64,000 nucleotides of DNA from Isurus oxyrinchus (taxonomy: Eukaryota). Below are positions 1-11,460 of the stretch, piece after piece. The stretch is taken from the NCBI GenBank assembly GCA_026770705.1, contig JANJGN010000025.1, positions 41,788,001 through 41,852,000 of the forward strand. The letters run 5' to 3'. How positions within the stretch are numbered: the first letter of the stretch is position 1; every line of letters begins with the position of its first letter. The position numbers and the translations under genes are program-made. The notes under the pieces were generated by a model. That model worked only from the letters and a program-made list of their open reading frames with translations. It was not told the DNA's origin and searched no databases.

Positions 1-619
1 CCTCTGATGTCACCCCACGTCATTTCCATTTTCAGGTCGTCGGGGGCACAGCCGATACAGCTGCGCACCCGCTGAACTGTCACTGGCCAATTGAGGCCAT
101 TTAAAAAGTACTTAACATAATTAATAGACTTGCCCATCCAACCTTAGGGTTGGCAGGCAGGGAACCCTGACGGGCTTCAGAAAAAGCATGAAACCCGGGA
201 TGAGGTTTTCATGAGGGTTTTTAAATATTTAATAAAGGTTTCACTAAAAGTGATGGATATGTCCCGACTCATGTGACAGTGTCACCAGGGGACATGTCAG
301 GGAAATTTCGTTTTTGTCTCTTTAACATTTTTAAGTTTGGAGCCGATCTCCCTGAGGCAGCACTTAGCCTCAGGGAGATCACCGTGCGCTTTCACACACA
401 TGCACAAAAGAGCGCACTCTTGCCTGAGGGAATCCCCCCCCCGCCACCCGCCCACACAGAGAGCGCTTCCTGGCAGATGGAGCTCCCTGGGCCAACCCAT
501 ATAAAATTGGCCCGCCCATATAAAATGGCGGCGCGCCCCCAATTGGGGGCACCGATCGGAGGCGTGCCTGCCCGCATCCGTTCCTGCACTTCCCCCCCCA
601 ACAGGGAGAAAATATTCCC
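1..619. mobile_element. Non-autonomous PIF/Harbinger-type MITE (left end outside the window)
   Basis: Ends in GAGAAAATATTCCC, a variant of the AAAATTCTGCCC/AAATTCTCCCC terminus of the copies at 7763, 10929 and 32312. Colinear with 32312-32961 and inverted relative to 37795-38150. Internal 14-bp perfect hairpin GATCTCCCTGAGGC/GCCTCAGGGAGATC at 345-380. Confidence 0.75.
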
Positions 620-1450
620 TAGTGTCTCAATTGCCTCCTTCTTTCACAATGATTTTGGCAGCATCGCTTTCCTTGGTAAAGACAGATGCAAAGTACTCAT
701 TTAGTAGTTCAGCTATCCTTCTGTCTTCATGCATCAATCCCCTTTGTGGTCCCTAATCAGCACCACCCCTCCTCTTACTGTCTTTTTACTATTTATATGG
801 CTAGAGAAGACTTATGATTTCCCCTTTATGTTCATTTCCAGTCTCTTCTCATATTCTCTCTTTGCCTTGCATTTCTTTTCTCACAGTCTCTCGACATTCA
901 GCCCAGTGGTTCCACTTGTATTATCAACCTGACATCTGCCATACACCCCTTTTTTTGCCTCACCTTACTCCCTATCAGGGAGCTCCGGCTTTGTTTGTAC
1001 TACCTTTTCCTCTTGTGGAAACGTACCTCGGCTGTAATCAGACCATCTCCTTTTTAAAGGCAACCCATTGATCATTACAATATGGTGGGTCAATCTTTGA
1101 TTCCAATTGACCTGGGCCAGGTCCGTGTTCACCCCACTGAAATTGGTCCTCCTTCAATTAAGTATTTTTATTTTAGGTTACACTTTGTCCTTGTCCTTTT
1201 CTAAAGCTAACCTAAGCTTTCTACTATGATGACTGCTGCCTAAATGCTCCTCTACCAACACTCAATTTACCTGACCCACCTCATTCCTTGGAACCAGGTC
1301 CAGCAATGCTTCCTTCTTCGTTGGTTCATAAAGATTCTGATCAATAAAATTCTCCTGAACATACTTCAGAAAGTCATCCCCCTCGTTGATCTTTACACTA
1401 TTACTACCTCAATTTATATTAGGATAATTAGAGCCTCCATTATCATTACC
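620..1450 (-). mobile_element. Degenerate CR1 LINE ORF2 fragment (EN-RT linker region)
   Basis: Reverse complement resembles the linker of the other CR1 copies (e.g. 'aatgagtactttgcatctgtctttacc', NEYFASVFT); many stops. Confidence 0.6.
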
Positions 1451-1837
1451 AATGCAGGCAAGAGCAGGTCGGAGGTCTGGCAGTCAAATTTTCGGGAGGT
1501 AGATAAACAAAAGGCACTTCTGGAATATTATTCTTTGATTTCTATTAGTGCTCCATGGAGCACAGCACTGGTAGGATAGAATTTGATAGGCAAATGTGTG
1601 GCTTCAGATATAACGTAGGAAAGGAGGGTTAGGGAAGGAAATATTGAAGGGGGAAGGGAAGGAGAAAGACAGGCATGAGAGTGGGAAAAAAGCATGAGAG
1701 AGGGCATAAGTAGAGAAGGGAGACAAAAAGTGAGAATGTGATACAGAGGATATATAGAGGAGAGACAAAACAAAGAGAAACGAAAAGAGAGGTGAGAGAT
1801 AGAGAAAGAGAAATAAATCAGGGAAGCAAATGGAATT

Positions 1838-2988
1838 AAAAGCAAAATACTGCGAATGCTGCAGGATAGGGTCCCCCTTGTCCTCACTTATCACCCCACC
1901 AGCCTCCGCATTCAAAGGATCATCCTCCACCATTTCCGCCAACTCCAGCATGATGTCAGCACCAAACACATCTTCCCTTCACCGCCTCCCCACCCCCCCT
2001 GCCCCCCGCCCCCCCCCCCCCCCCCCCCCCACCCCCCAACCGGTGGCTTTCCTCCGTCACCCCCTACGCCTCAAACCCCTCCCACTGCACCTTCCCATGC
2101 AACCGCAGAAGGTGCAACACCTGCCCCTTTACTTCCCCCCTCTTCACTGTCCAAGGGCCCAAATACTCCTTTCAAGTGAAGCAGAATTTCACTTGCACTT
2201 CCCTTAATTTAGTCTACTGCATTCGCTGCTCCCAATTCAGTTTCCTCTACACTGAAGATGCCAAATGCAGACTGGGTGACCGCTTTGTGGAACACCTTCG
2301 GTCTGTCCGCAAGCATGACTCAGACCTCCCTGTCGCTTGCCATTTCAACACCCCACCCTGCTCTCATGCCCACATGTCCGTCCTTGGCCTGCTGCAATGT
2401 TCCAGTGAAGCTCAATGCAAACTGGAGGAACAGCACCTCATCTTCTGACTAGGCACTTTACAGCCTTCCGGACTGAATATTGAGTTCCACAACTTTAGGG
2501 CATGAACTCTCTCCTCCATCCCCACCCCCTTTCCAATCCCCCTTTTTCCCAATAATTTATATAAATTTTTCTTTTCCCACCTATTTCCATTATTTTTAAA
2601 TGTATTTCCATCCATTGTTTTATCTCTACCTTTTAGCCTATTTTGCTCCCTTCCCCCCCCCACTCCACCCCCACTAGGGCTATCTGTACCTTGCTCGTCC
2701 TGCTTTCTACCCTTAATTAGCACATTCTTTAGATAATATCACCACCTTCAACACCTCTTTGTCCTTTTGTCTATGACATCTTTTGGTTATCTCCACCTAT
2801 TACTGGCCCTCTATCCAGGTCTACCTGTCCCACCACCGCCCCCCCCCACCACTAAACCAGATTATATTCACCTCTTTTCTATTTTTCCTTAGTTCTGATG
2901 AAGAGTCATATGGACTCGAAATGTTAACTGTATTCCTCTCCGCAGATGCTGTCAGACCTGCTGAGCTTTTCCAGGTATTTTTGTTTTT
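1838..2988 (+). mobile_element. Penelope-like retroelement, 5'-truncated (GIY-YIG endonuclease region plus terminal pLTR)
   Basis: Translations DRVPLVLTYHP, CNRRRCNTCPF and FTCTSLNLVYCIRCSQ..LY...KCRLGDRFVEHLRSV are typical of the Penelope C-terminal GIY-YIG domain. Flanked by a 15-bp direct repeat GAAGCAAATGGAATT (1823-1837 and 2989-3003). Begins with an inverted piece of the family 3' tail (1838-1861). Confidence 0.9.
2891..2929 (+). ncRNA. Minimal type I hammerhead ribozyme motif in the Penelope pLTR
   Basis: AGTT-CTGATGA-A-GAGTC-atatg-GACTC-GAAA-TGTT-AACT: CUGANGA and GAAA core boxes, 5-bp stem II, stem I AGTT/AACT, loopless stem III. Confidence 0.75.
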
Positions 2989-3439
2989 GAAGCAAATGGA
3001 ATTGTTACCTTACTGACTAAAGGTGGAAGAAAAGGATGTAGCTTAGAAAACATCTAAACAAGTGTGTTAATGAAGGCAAATTATTCATAGTATTTATTAT
3101 AGGTCAACATTCAAATGTTACAGGGAGCACATTTAAATCAGTGTAAGGAGCATCACCGTCTGTCTATCCCTCCTCCACTCTCGCCAGTGCTTCTTCTCCA
3201 TTTTGTTCCCATTCTATCTTTCACCAGTTTCCATTATTTCTCTAGGTTTCCAATTAGATTTCTAGCTCACTCTTAAATTGCTTCAGATTGAGATGGTGTG
3301 CCTCAGGCTCGTTATTCAGTTTTGGTGTCAAATTTTATTGATATATTTGGAGGCAGTTTGTAATTCCCAGTCCCAGTGTAGGTTATTTATTTGCAGTTAT
3401 TTGCCCTCTCGCTGTTTACATTTTTGGATATTTTTATAG

Positions 3440-3565
3440 TCAGCAGCAGCTGCTTCTCTGCATGTTCTGAGGCTGATGCTCATCTGGTAGTCCTAGCGAT
3501 TCTGCAGCTGCTGGGAACGGTTTGAATCGGCCTGACTTTGATATCTTGCTGTAAACTCTGTGATC
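3440..3565 (-). CDS. Candidate terminal coding exon of an unidentified host gene (DHRVYSKISKSGRFKPFPAAAESLGLPDEHQPQNMQRSSCC*)
   Basis: Unique sequence; acceptor ttgtttttggctAG; longest of the three frames ends in Cys-Cys-stop; downstream minus-strand AATAAA at 3386-3391, 3334-3339 and 3093-3098. No upstream exon could be linked. Confidence 0.25.
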   Translation of the reverse strand, partial: DHRVYSKISKSGRFKPFPAAAESLGLPDEHQPQNMQRSSCC

Positions 3566-4019
3566 CTAGCCAAAAACAATCTTAAACAAAAATGAGCATT
3601 TACAATCAAAAATTAGAAACAAACAAACTGATCAGACAAAACAAATGGTTAAATGACAAGTCGAAGCGAGACAGCTCAGACGGTGTTTCCAGATCCACCA
3701 ATAATGCGCAAGCCTGGGGACAGGTTCACTTATTCATCCAGACAAGCAAACATCTGTGAGAGCCCTTTGCTGTTTTTAAGAGCTGTAAATGCCCTACAAA
3801 TGAACACTTAAAATAAACTCCTACTAGCTAATGGTATTCTCACATATGGGTAGGCAAAGAAAATACTGCTCCCAAGTGACGGTCTACCACAAACTGGAAG
3901 GGCTGTGCTCAGAAAGCACAGGCTTTCCAGCTCCGCAGCTGAAATTTGTGATCAATTACACAGGGCCAGCAAGTTGGATTCTATAAACTGGAACAATTTC
4001 TAAGGTGAACGGGTAGCAA

Positions 4020-4404
4020 TTTCATATTGATCTTGAAAGCGACAACTGATAGCGAGCATTCACAGATGTTTGAGGAAGAGAGTTCTAGCTTTCAGCTACA
4101 TTTGGGGGGAAAGAGTACTTCCTGATTTCTCTCCTGAATGATCCAATCTTTGATTTTAAGGTTGTTCTCCCATCCAAACAAAAAGTTTCTCACCATCTAC
4201 TTTATCGAATCCTTTTATTAATTTAAGCACCTCAACCAGGTTACCCCTTAACCCTCTACACTCCAAGCAATGCAAGCCAAGTCTGTGCAACCTGCCCTCA
4301 GAAATTAACCCTCTAAGTGCTCTGGTGAATCTGCCCTGCACTGCATCTGATCCAAAGCCTCAGGTAGATTGGCCATAACTGAACACAGTTCTCCAAGTAG
4401 TATC
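4020..4404 (-). mobile_element. Old CR1 3' fragment, apparently resuming at ~4870-4930 after a younger CR1 insertion
   Basis: ORF 4156-4341 (QGRFTR...RLHRLGLHCLECRGLRGNLVEVLKLIKGFDKVD) is the CR1 ORF2 C-terminal signature. Confidence 0.75.
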
Positions 4405-4868
4405 TGATTCCTAGGATAGCAGGATGTCATATCAGGAGAGATTGGGTCGACTAGGCCTGTATTCACTGGAGTTTAGAAGAATGAGAGGGGATCTCACTGA
4501 AATGTATAAAATTCTGACAGGGCTGGACAGACTGGATGTAGGGATGAAATTTCCTCTGGCTGGGGGGTCTGGAACAAGGGGTCACAGTCTCAGGATATAG
4601 GGTAGGCCATTCAGGACTGAGATGAGGAGAACTTCTTCATTCAGAGGGTGGTAAACCTGTGGAATTCCCTACCACAGAAGGCTATGGAGGCCAAGTCACT
4701 GAATATATTTAAGAAGGAAATAGATAGATTTATAGACACTAAAGGCAAAAACAGGTATGGGGAGAGAGCTGGAGTACGACGTTGAGATAGAGGATCAGCC
4801 ATGATCATAATGAGCAGGCTCGAAGGGCTGAATTACCTACTCCTGCTCCTATTTTCTATGTTTCTATG
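4405..4868 (+). mobile_element. CR1 LINE 3' end
   Basis: ERLGRLGLYSLEFRRMRGDL motif; ends in the repeated tail cctattttctatgtttctatg. Confidence 0.9.
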
Positions 4869-7762
4869 CTCAAGGCCCTGAGTAACTGAAGCAACTTCCT
4901 CCCAATATTATTAACCTTTTTGATTGTTTTTTTATACCTGTCTCCTGTATCTAAGTGAACAAAAAGGAGTCCCATTTCGCTGAGCGTATTGGCAAGGCAT
5001 GACGAAGATGAGTAGCAGAGGAGCACGAAAAATAGTCTGAGGGCACCAGGGGAGGACCATCACCTGCCTCATAGAGTGCACACACCTCAGGTGGTGCAGG
5101 TAGCTCAACTGTACCAGTTACCAATGTGCATTGCAGGTGGTCAATATTCCTTGGCAGAATTGCACCAATGTGCACAAGCTTATAACTTAAAAAACAAGTG
5201 AAGTATAGCTGAATCTTTAATGGCAGCTGATTGACAATGCAATCAATCTCCTATGGTGCTACCTGTTGTGGAATATCTCTGATAAATCACTGGATACTTT
5301 GTTCCTGTTCTTGAGGACATGTCCTAATAAGCTGGAGTATCAGAGGATCCTGACTGAGCAATCCTATTCATGCTGGCCTTGTGGGCAGCTGATTGAGCCA
5401 CCTTCAGACCACACCCATCAGGAAGCCCTCTAACATGTTCACCTTACATACTGGTGACAAAGAATTAAAAGAATTGCCGAAAAACGTAACCAACGTTTCA
5501 TCTCAGTTCGATGGCCATAGATAATCAATAGTCAACATTGGAGCAGGTCTTCCATAAGTGGGTCAGTGGTTGATCCTGGGCATAATTGTGAGATCAGCAT
5601 CATTAGCAGAGTCTAAGGGCTCTCAAAACCAGCAATGTCTGTGATTACGGAGTGGGGAAATTGTGCACCACTGCAGGATGTTAAAGGCATGCAGGAGCTG
5701 AACCGGGCAGGCTTAACAACTTGTAAGACAGCCCAATGCAAACTAGGGTTGAAGGACAGTTGTGGGGTTAGCCAGCAGAGGAAGCATCAAGGCTCACTCT
5801 GGCTCATGGATACATAGCCTGGGTCAATGTAACTCCCGGGCTTCATTTTAATGTGCCAAGCCCAATTGCCCCCGTACCCTCAGACCCCAGTGCCTAAATC
5901 TCAAAGCATGAGGCAATGTCCTCGTTGGATATTCAAAATACTTCTACTGAAATGGTGCATGCCATGTGTTCAGTGCGAACATGGTGAGTTACACACTGTC
6001 TCTATTGTAATCTCCCCCGCACGTCCTGTTCTTGTCAAGCTTGGGGAGGTTAGAATCAGGGCTATTGTTTTTGGCACTACAATGGTAAGCAGTTCAGCAG
6101 GACATAGAATGGGTTGGGGGTTTTGTAAATCATTTGTCTGCAGAAAGGATTAGGTAATAAGTTACATTTAAGTGGTATGTTTCAAATTAAATCAGAACTG
6201 AACAAGTTTAAAATTCTCTTTATAGCCAGAGTCAAAGTGGAGTTTATATGTTTTCAAGCCAGGCACTGAAGATGTTTACATTATGATTCATTATCTTGCT
6301 GCAGGCAGCTTCTAAACATCCACACCTATTGGGAGTCTTTCATTTGAGTTCAGTGTGGTTGTAGGCTGAGGATTCACTCAGAGGGAGGGGAGTAGCTGGG
6401 CTGAATGGCACGTGTGTCTCCCAGCCTGTGGTCCGGATGGAAGTCAGTGTAATGCCCCCTCACCCTGCCCCATTTCCTGTGAGTGCACAAAGGGAAAAGA
6501 GAACAAAGATCCACATGTGAAGGACAGTCAGTCAGAGTGGTCCGTGTAGAGGAAAGCAATGCAGCTATTGTGAATTAGTGCAAAATCCATGTCAGCCTTG
6601 GCATGATTAGATGCTACGGAGAAGTAAAAGCAAGCGACATATCTGCAGGGACGTGTGCACTATTTCTTCTCTTATTCACTGGGTTTGGAAGCAAGTTAAA
6701 GTGAAGGCAGTAAGTAAAATATAGCTGAGAGCATCTATGCCTGCTTAGTTAGATAGTTTATGCTTTGGACTGTATTGCATATTATGTGTGACCCCAATTG
6801 ACGTGATATGTCAATTGTATTAGCATAGTGCATGGTGCATAGTGACCAGTATGCTTGTCACCTCTTGCTTTCAGCTCTCACCACTGGCAAGCAGTATAAT
6901 TATTGCAAAAAGAGAGCTGAGTGCGTAAGCCTCTCCCACTAGTACATAGCCTCTTCATCAGCAAACACTATGTAGTGCCTCCCCATGGCGATATCTGTAA
7001 ACTGGGTTCCTCATGGACCAAGGCTCAACTATAGGGAACTTGGAGGAGGCCTAGCCTCCAGATGCATGGCATACAAACTCACCGGCATGTGGTTACACCC
7101 TGCTACCCACGAACAAGACCCCCAACTATGGATAACTAGCCCCACTGCCTCTTGGGTATCTCAGCAGAGAAGGAGGCCAAGAGAATAAACCCTGACAGAA
7201 AGTCCCATCCAGATCACTTTCCACTCCCTCCCACAGACCTTGATCATATTCTTTACTGGCCAAACCATTCCACTGCTAACTCCATGCTCCCCCTGCATCA
7301 AAGTTCCTGACCGTCGCTGCCCGCACTGAACTCAAGACAAAAAAGAATCAAGGCAAAATAGCAAATGAGAGGAAATATGGTTCAGGCCACAAGCTCCCAC
7401 TAGGCACATATACAGCTCCGCTGGAGAGGTGGGACATTCATGGGGATAGCACATGTGCAGAAGACATAATATGCCTTTCAGGTAATCATAGAATGGTCGC
7501 AGCACAAATGGAAGCCATTTGGCCCATCATGTCCATGCTGGCTCTCTGCAAGGCCGCTACCCTGCCCTTTCTCCAGAACCTGCAATTTTTCTTCCTGCAA
7601 TTATCCAATTCCCTTTGAATGCCACGGTTAAATTTGCTCCCACCGCCCAGATTCTAACCACTCGCTGTATCAAATAGTTTTCCTCACTGCCATGAAAATA
7701 TAATAATTCTCATAATATTATTGCAAAGGTAGGTTAATAGTGGGGTTTTGGATAGTTTCCCT

Positions 7763-8424
7763 GGGCAGGGTTTTTAGTTTGGCAGGCGCACATGATTGGC
7801 GGGCCCAGGAGTAGCCAGGGAATGGACCCCTGACCGTGATTTCACGCTGGCTGTCCGATTAAAGACCAACTGGTGTGAAACGCGTGCTGAAAGCCTCAGT
7901 GCTGCTGCCGGGGTGGGGGGAGGATGGGGGGGGAGGGTGAGCACAGGCAAGCATGGGGGGAGGACGGAATGAAATCTCTCCGAAGGCAGAGAGGTGCCTC
8001 AGGGAGCTGAAGAATTTAAATTCAGCAAAAGCAGGTTTTAAAATCCAGAAAAAAATGCCCGCGCATCAGAATTAGTCACCTGAACATATACAAGATGAAA
8101 ATTCTGCCCGTACATTTTTTTTTAAATTTGATAACGGTGACCTCATCCCGCCCGTGGATGAGGCTTCCTGAAAAAATGCAAAGGCCGCCTGGCCGACCTG
8201 CCTGCCCACCACAAAGTTGAACCGGCAAAGAAAAATCTCAGTTAATTACAAATTTCAAAGGCCTTCATAGGCTTCTTGTGTGGGCGAATCTCTCCTGCGC
8301 CCGCCAGGCAAAATATCGCGCCAGTGCGCGGTGACGTCGGGACGCTTGCCCAATGTCATCACACGCGGTTTCACACTCGAACAGGTAGGGCACACGCCCA
8401 CACGCCAAGCAAAACATTCTGCCC
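7763..8424. mobile_element. Harbinger-type MITE
   Basis: TIRs GGGCAGGGTTT...ACATTCTGCCC; flanks CCT/TCT; homologous in inverted orientation to 10929-11460. Confidence 0.75.
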
Positions 8425-8425
8425 T

Positions 8426-8429
8426 CTGT

Positions 8430-8499
<70 letters not shown>
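8426..8499. repeat. (TG)n microsatellite
   Basis: About 36 nearly perfect TG units; source of the CVCV/THTH ORFs. Confidence 0.98.
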
Positions 8500-8501
<2 letters not shown>

Positions 8502-9115
8502 ATGTGGGGTTTAAATTGAATTGGAGACAGCTGGTCTGGAGGCTTTGATGTTTCAAAAAGAAGCTAGGTTTGAAATGCTAAATATGTAAACATGGCTGAA
8601 GTTTTAGACTGTGAGGTGTCAGGAAAATTTGCACTTTTAGATAAGTTAGGTTAGTTTAAATTTCAAAGAGATGGTAACATGTTACACCTAGCCAGAAGAA
8701 GCTCGGCCAAACAGTGTGTTTATTTTTCCCAAAGGTTACTGAGAAAGTTAGTACTATGAAAAGATTTATATTATGAGAAAGGTAGAGTTCTAAAGACATA
8801 TCAGAACAATGGAATTTGCATTAAAAAGGGAGAAACATGTATAAAGGAGAGAAGGCCATATGTAAAAGGAGAAGGAATTCTATGATCTAACAAGTGTGAA
8901 AAGCCTTCAGCCTCTGTGCATCAAGGTGCTGTCTACAGGAACTGAAGCTGAGAAACCTCACTTTGAATTCTCCTATCCAAGGTATCGTGTGGTTTTGCTT
9001 GGGTCTGTTTATATCTATGTGTTTTTCCACTATTGCCTTAATGGAGGCATAACTGGGAATTATTATAGTAGCAATTTATAGACACATGCTTGAAATCTTT
9101 TCTTTTGTTAATAAA

Positions 9116-9452
9116 TCACAGAATCTCACAGTGCAGAAGAGGCCCTTTGGCTCATCGAGTCTGCACTGACACGTGAGAAACACCTGATCTACCTACCTAA
9201 TCCCATTTACCAGCACTTGGCCCATAGCCTTGAATGTTATGACATGCCAAGGCTCATCCAGGTACTTTTTAAAGGATGTGAGGCAACCCGCCTCCAGCAC
9301 CCTCCCAGGCAGCGCATTCCAGACCGTCACCATCCTCTGGGTAAAAACGTTTTTCCTCACATCCCCCCTAAACCTCCTGCCCCTCACCTTGAACTTGTGA
9401 CTGACCCTTCAACTAAGGGGAACAGCTGCTCCCTATCCACCCTGTCCATGCT
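9116..9452 (-). mobile_element. CR1 3' end inserted into the solo LTR
   Basis: ORF RGRRFRGDVRKNVFTQRMVTVWNALP; similar to 61722-62160. Confidence 0.9.
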
Positions 9453-9968
9453 TAATTAAGTTTTCTAAAAACCTCTGAAGTTCTGGTAACCTTACTACTT
9501 CTGAATTCAGAGCACGCATCTCAAAAAAAACACAAATTGCAAAACAGTAGTGACTACACGATCAAGTTTCCATTGTGGATTTGATCCGCTTGGCGCACAT
9601 CATCTGCCATGTCATAATACTCACATCACCATTACTTTTTTTGCTGATCACCTTAAATCAGTGCCCTCTGGTTCTCAATCTTTCTGCCTATGGGAGCAGT
9701 TTCTTCCTCTCTACTCTGTCTAGCCCCTTCATGATTTTGAATACCTCTATCAAATATCCCCACAGTTTTCCGTTCTCTAAGGAGAACAGCCCCAGCATCT
9801 CCAAGCTATCCACATAACTGAAGTCTGTCATCCCCAGAAACCTTGTTCTCTAAAGCCTTCACATTTTTCCTAAAATGCCATGGCTAGAATTAGACACAAT
9901 ACTAAGCTGGGGATGAACCAGAGTTTTATACAGGATCATCATAATTTCCTTCCTAACCATTCCAATTT

Positions 9969-10673
9969 ATCTGCCACATAGCTAGACGAACAGACTGTGA
10001 ATAACAAGATAAAGGAGAAGTCTGTGATGAGGTTTAGAAAGCTCTCAATCTCCCACAATAGCTGGACCAAAAGGAATACAAACAGAAAGATAAAACAAAA
10101 TATAAAACAATGCAAAGAGTTCCACATCTTGAAGTCAAGAGGGAAGAGTCCAAAAAACAAGCAGAACAGGGTAATATCGTCTCACAAGAACACAGGAACA
10201 GGAGTAGGCCATTCAGCCCCTCAAGCGTCTCTGCCATTCCAAAAGATCATGACTGATCTGGTTGTGATCTCAACTCCACTTTCCTGTCAGCCCCTCCATA
10301 ACTCTTGACTCCCTTGTCAATCAAAAATCTGACTCAGCCTTGAATGTATTCAATGATCCAGCCTCCATTGCTCTCTGGGGGAGAGAATTCCACAGACTAA
10401 CAACCCCCTGAGAGAAAAAAATTCTCTTCATCTCTGCCTTAAATGGGAGTCTCTGTTATATTAATCCTCTAACTTGTTAAACCTGATGGTCAGACTCTTT
10501 CTTCTCCACCTCAACATGTGGAATTTCTCGCATTGTTTTATACTTTGTCTTAACTTTCTGTTTGTATTCTTTTCTCCAGCTATTGTGGGAAAGTGGTAGC
10601 TTTCTAGATCTCATCACAGGCTCCTCCCTCATCTTGTTATTCACAGCCTGTTGGTTTAGCTATTGTAGGAGAT
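9969..10673. repeat. Long palindromic (foldback) element, arms ~9969-10177 and ~10458-10673
   Basis: Left arm ...ctgtgaataacaagat...ctgtgatgag...tagaaagct...tcccacaatagctgga...gaatacaaacagaaag... is matched in reverse complement by the right arm along its whole length. Confidence 0.9.
10183..10455 (-). mobile_element. CR1 3' end inserted at the centre of the palindrome
   Basis: Starts with the reverse-complement CR1 tail 'caagaacacaggaacaggagtaggccattcagcccctc', as at 57505. Confidence 0.85.
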
Positions 10674-10928
10674 CGGTCAGAGTGATTACTTAGAAGGCAT
10701 ATCCTGCCATCTGCACATGTGCAATCCCCAAGACTAGGCTGTTCTGAAGAGTTAGGATTGGTTTTGCTCGTGAATCAGTTTGTTAACTCTATGTCAGTCG
10801 TGTTCCTTTAAATCCATCAATAAAATCTACTCACTACATGCCATACTGGTTTGGTCTCTTTTTGAATCTCCAGAACTGGCTTTGTCTCACTAAATTATCA
10901 GTTTGCCTACTGAGGACTGGAAAAACAT

Positions 10929-11460
10929 GGGCAAAATTTTACCTTGGTGGTCGATGCATGCCCAACCCCCTCCAGCATAAAAATGATGTGCGCTGACGTT
11001 GGGCAAGCACCCCAATGTCAAAGAACAATCGTATGACATTTTGGTTGATGGACGCATGCAGGAATCGGCAGCGCACCCGCCGACAATTAAAAGGCCTGTT
11101 CAGGCCATTAAAGTCTCAATTAACTGACCTTTTTCACTGCCCGTCCAACTCAAGGTTTGGCAGGCAGGCGAGAAGGCCAATGTGGCCTTTGCACTTTTTA
11201 TCTTCCTGAGCCAGCTCTGTGCCTTGGGGAGATTCTCAAACACATACTCGGGCGTAAGCTCGCCCTTCACCACAAACCCGTAAGCTCGCCCTTCACCACA
11301 AACCACCCCCCCGCCCCCCCTATACAGGCAACGCTGAGTGCTGCTGCTCACGTTTCACGCTGGGCGGGCCTCAATTGACTAGTCAGCGTGAAATCACTGT
11401 CCAGCCTCGATCGTGGGCGGCTTCCTGACCCCCCTGCCCAACATGGACTAAATTCTGCCC
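10929..11460. mobile_element. Harbinger-type MITE
   Basis: TIRs GGGCAAAATTT...AAATTCTGCCC; internal tandem duplication of cgtaagctcgcccttcaccacaaacc (~11253-11304); TSD not preserved. Confidence 0.75.

Larger units (their letters stand above)
7688..9619 (+). mobile_element. Solo LTR of an LTR retrotransposon with nested MITE, (TG)n and CR1
   Basis: Ends TGCCATGA...TCATAATA (decayed TG...CA inverted ends); 5-bp TSD CTCAC at 7683-7687 and 9620-9624; TATAAA at ~8840 and AATAAA at ~9110. Confidence 0.7.
7485..9960 (-). mobile_element. CR1 3' fragment split into 7485-7687 and 9620-9960 by an LTR insertion
   Basis: The two halves join into a continuous CR1 3' end when 7688-9619 and one CTCAC copy are removed; parallels 13825-14420. 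Confidence 0.8.

Noticed and set aside
1830-2207. Polyproline ORFs (formin/WASP-like)
   Set aside because: Arise from a poly-C tract inside the Penelope remnant.
8255-8556. CVCVCV/THTHTH ORFs
   Set aside because: Translations of a (TG)n microsatellite.
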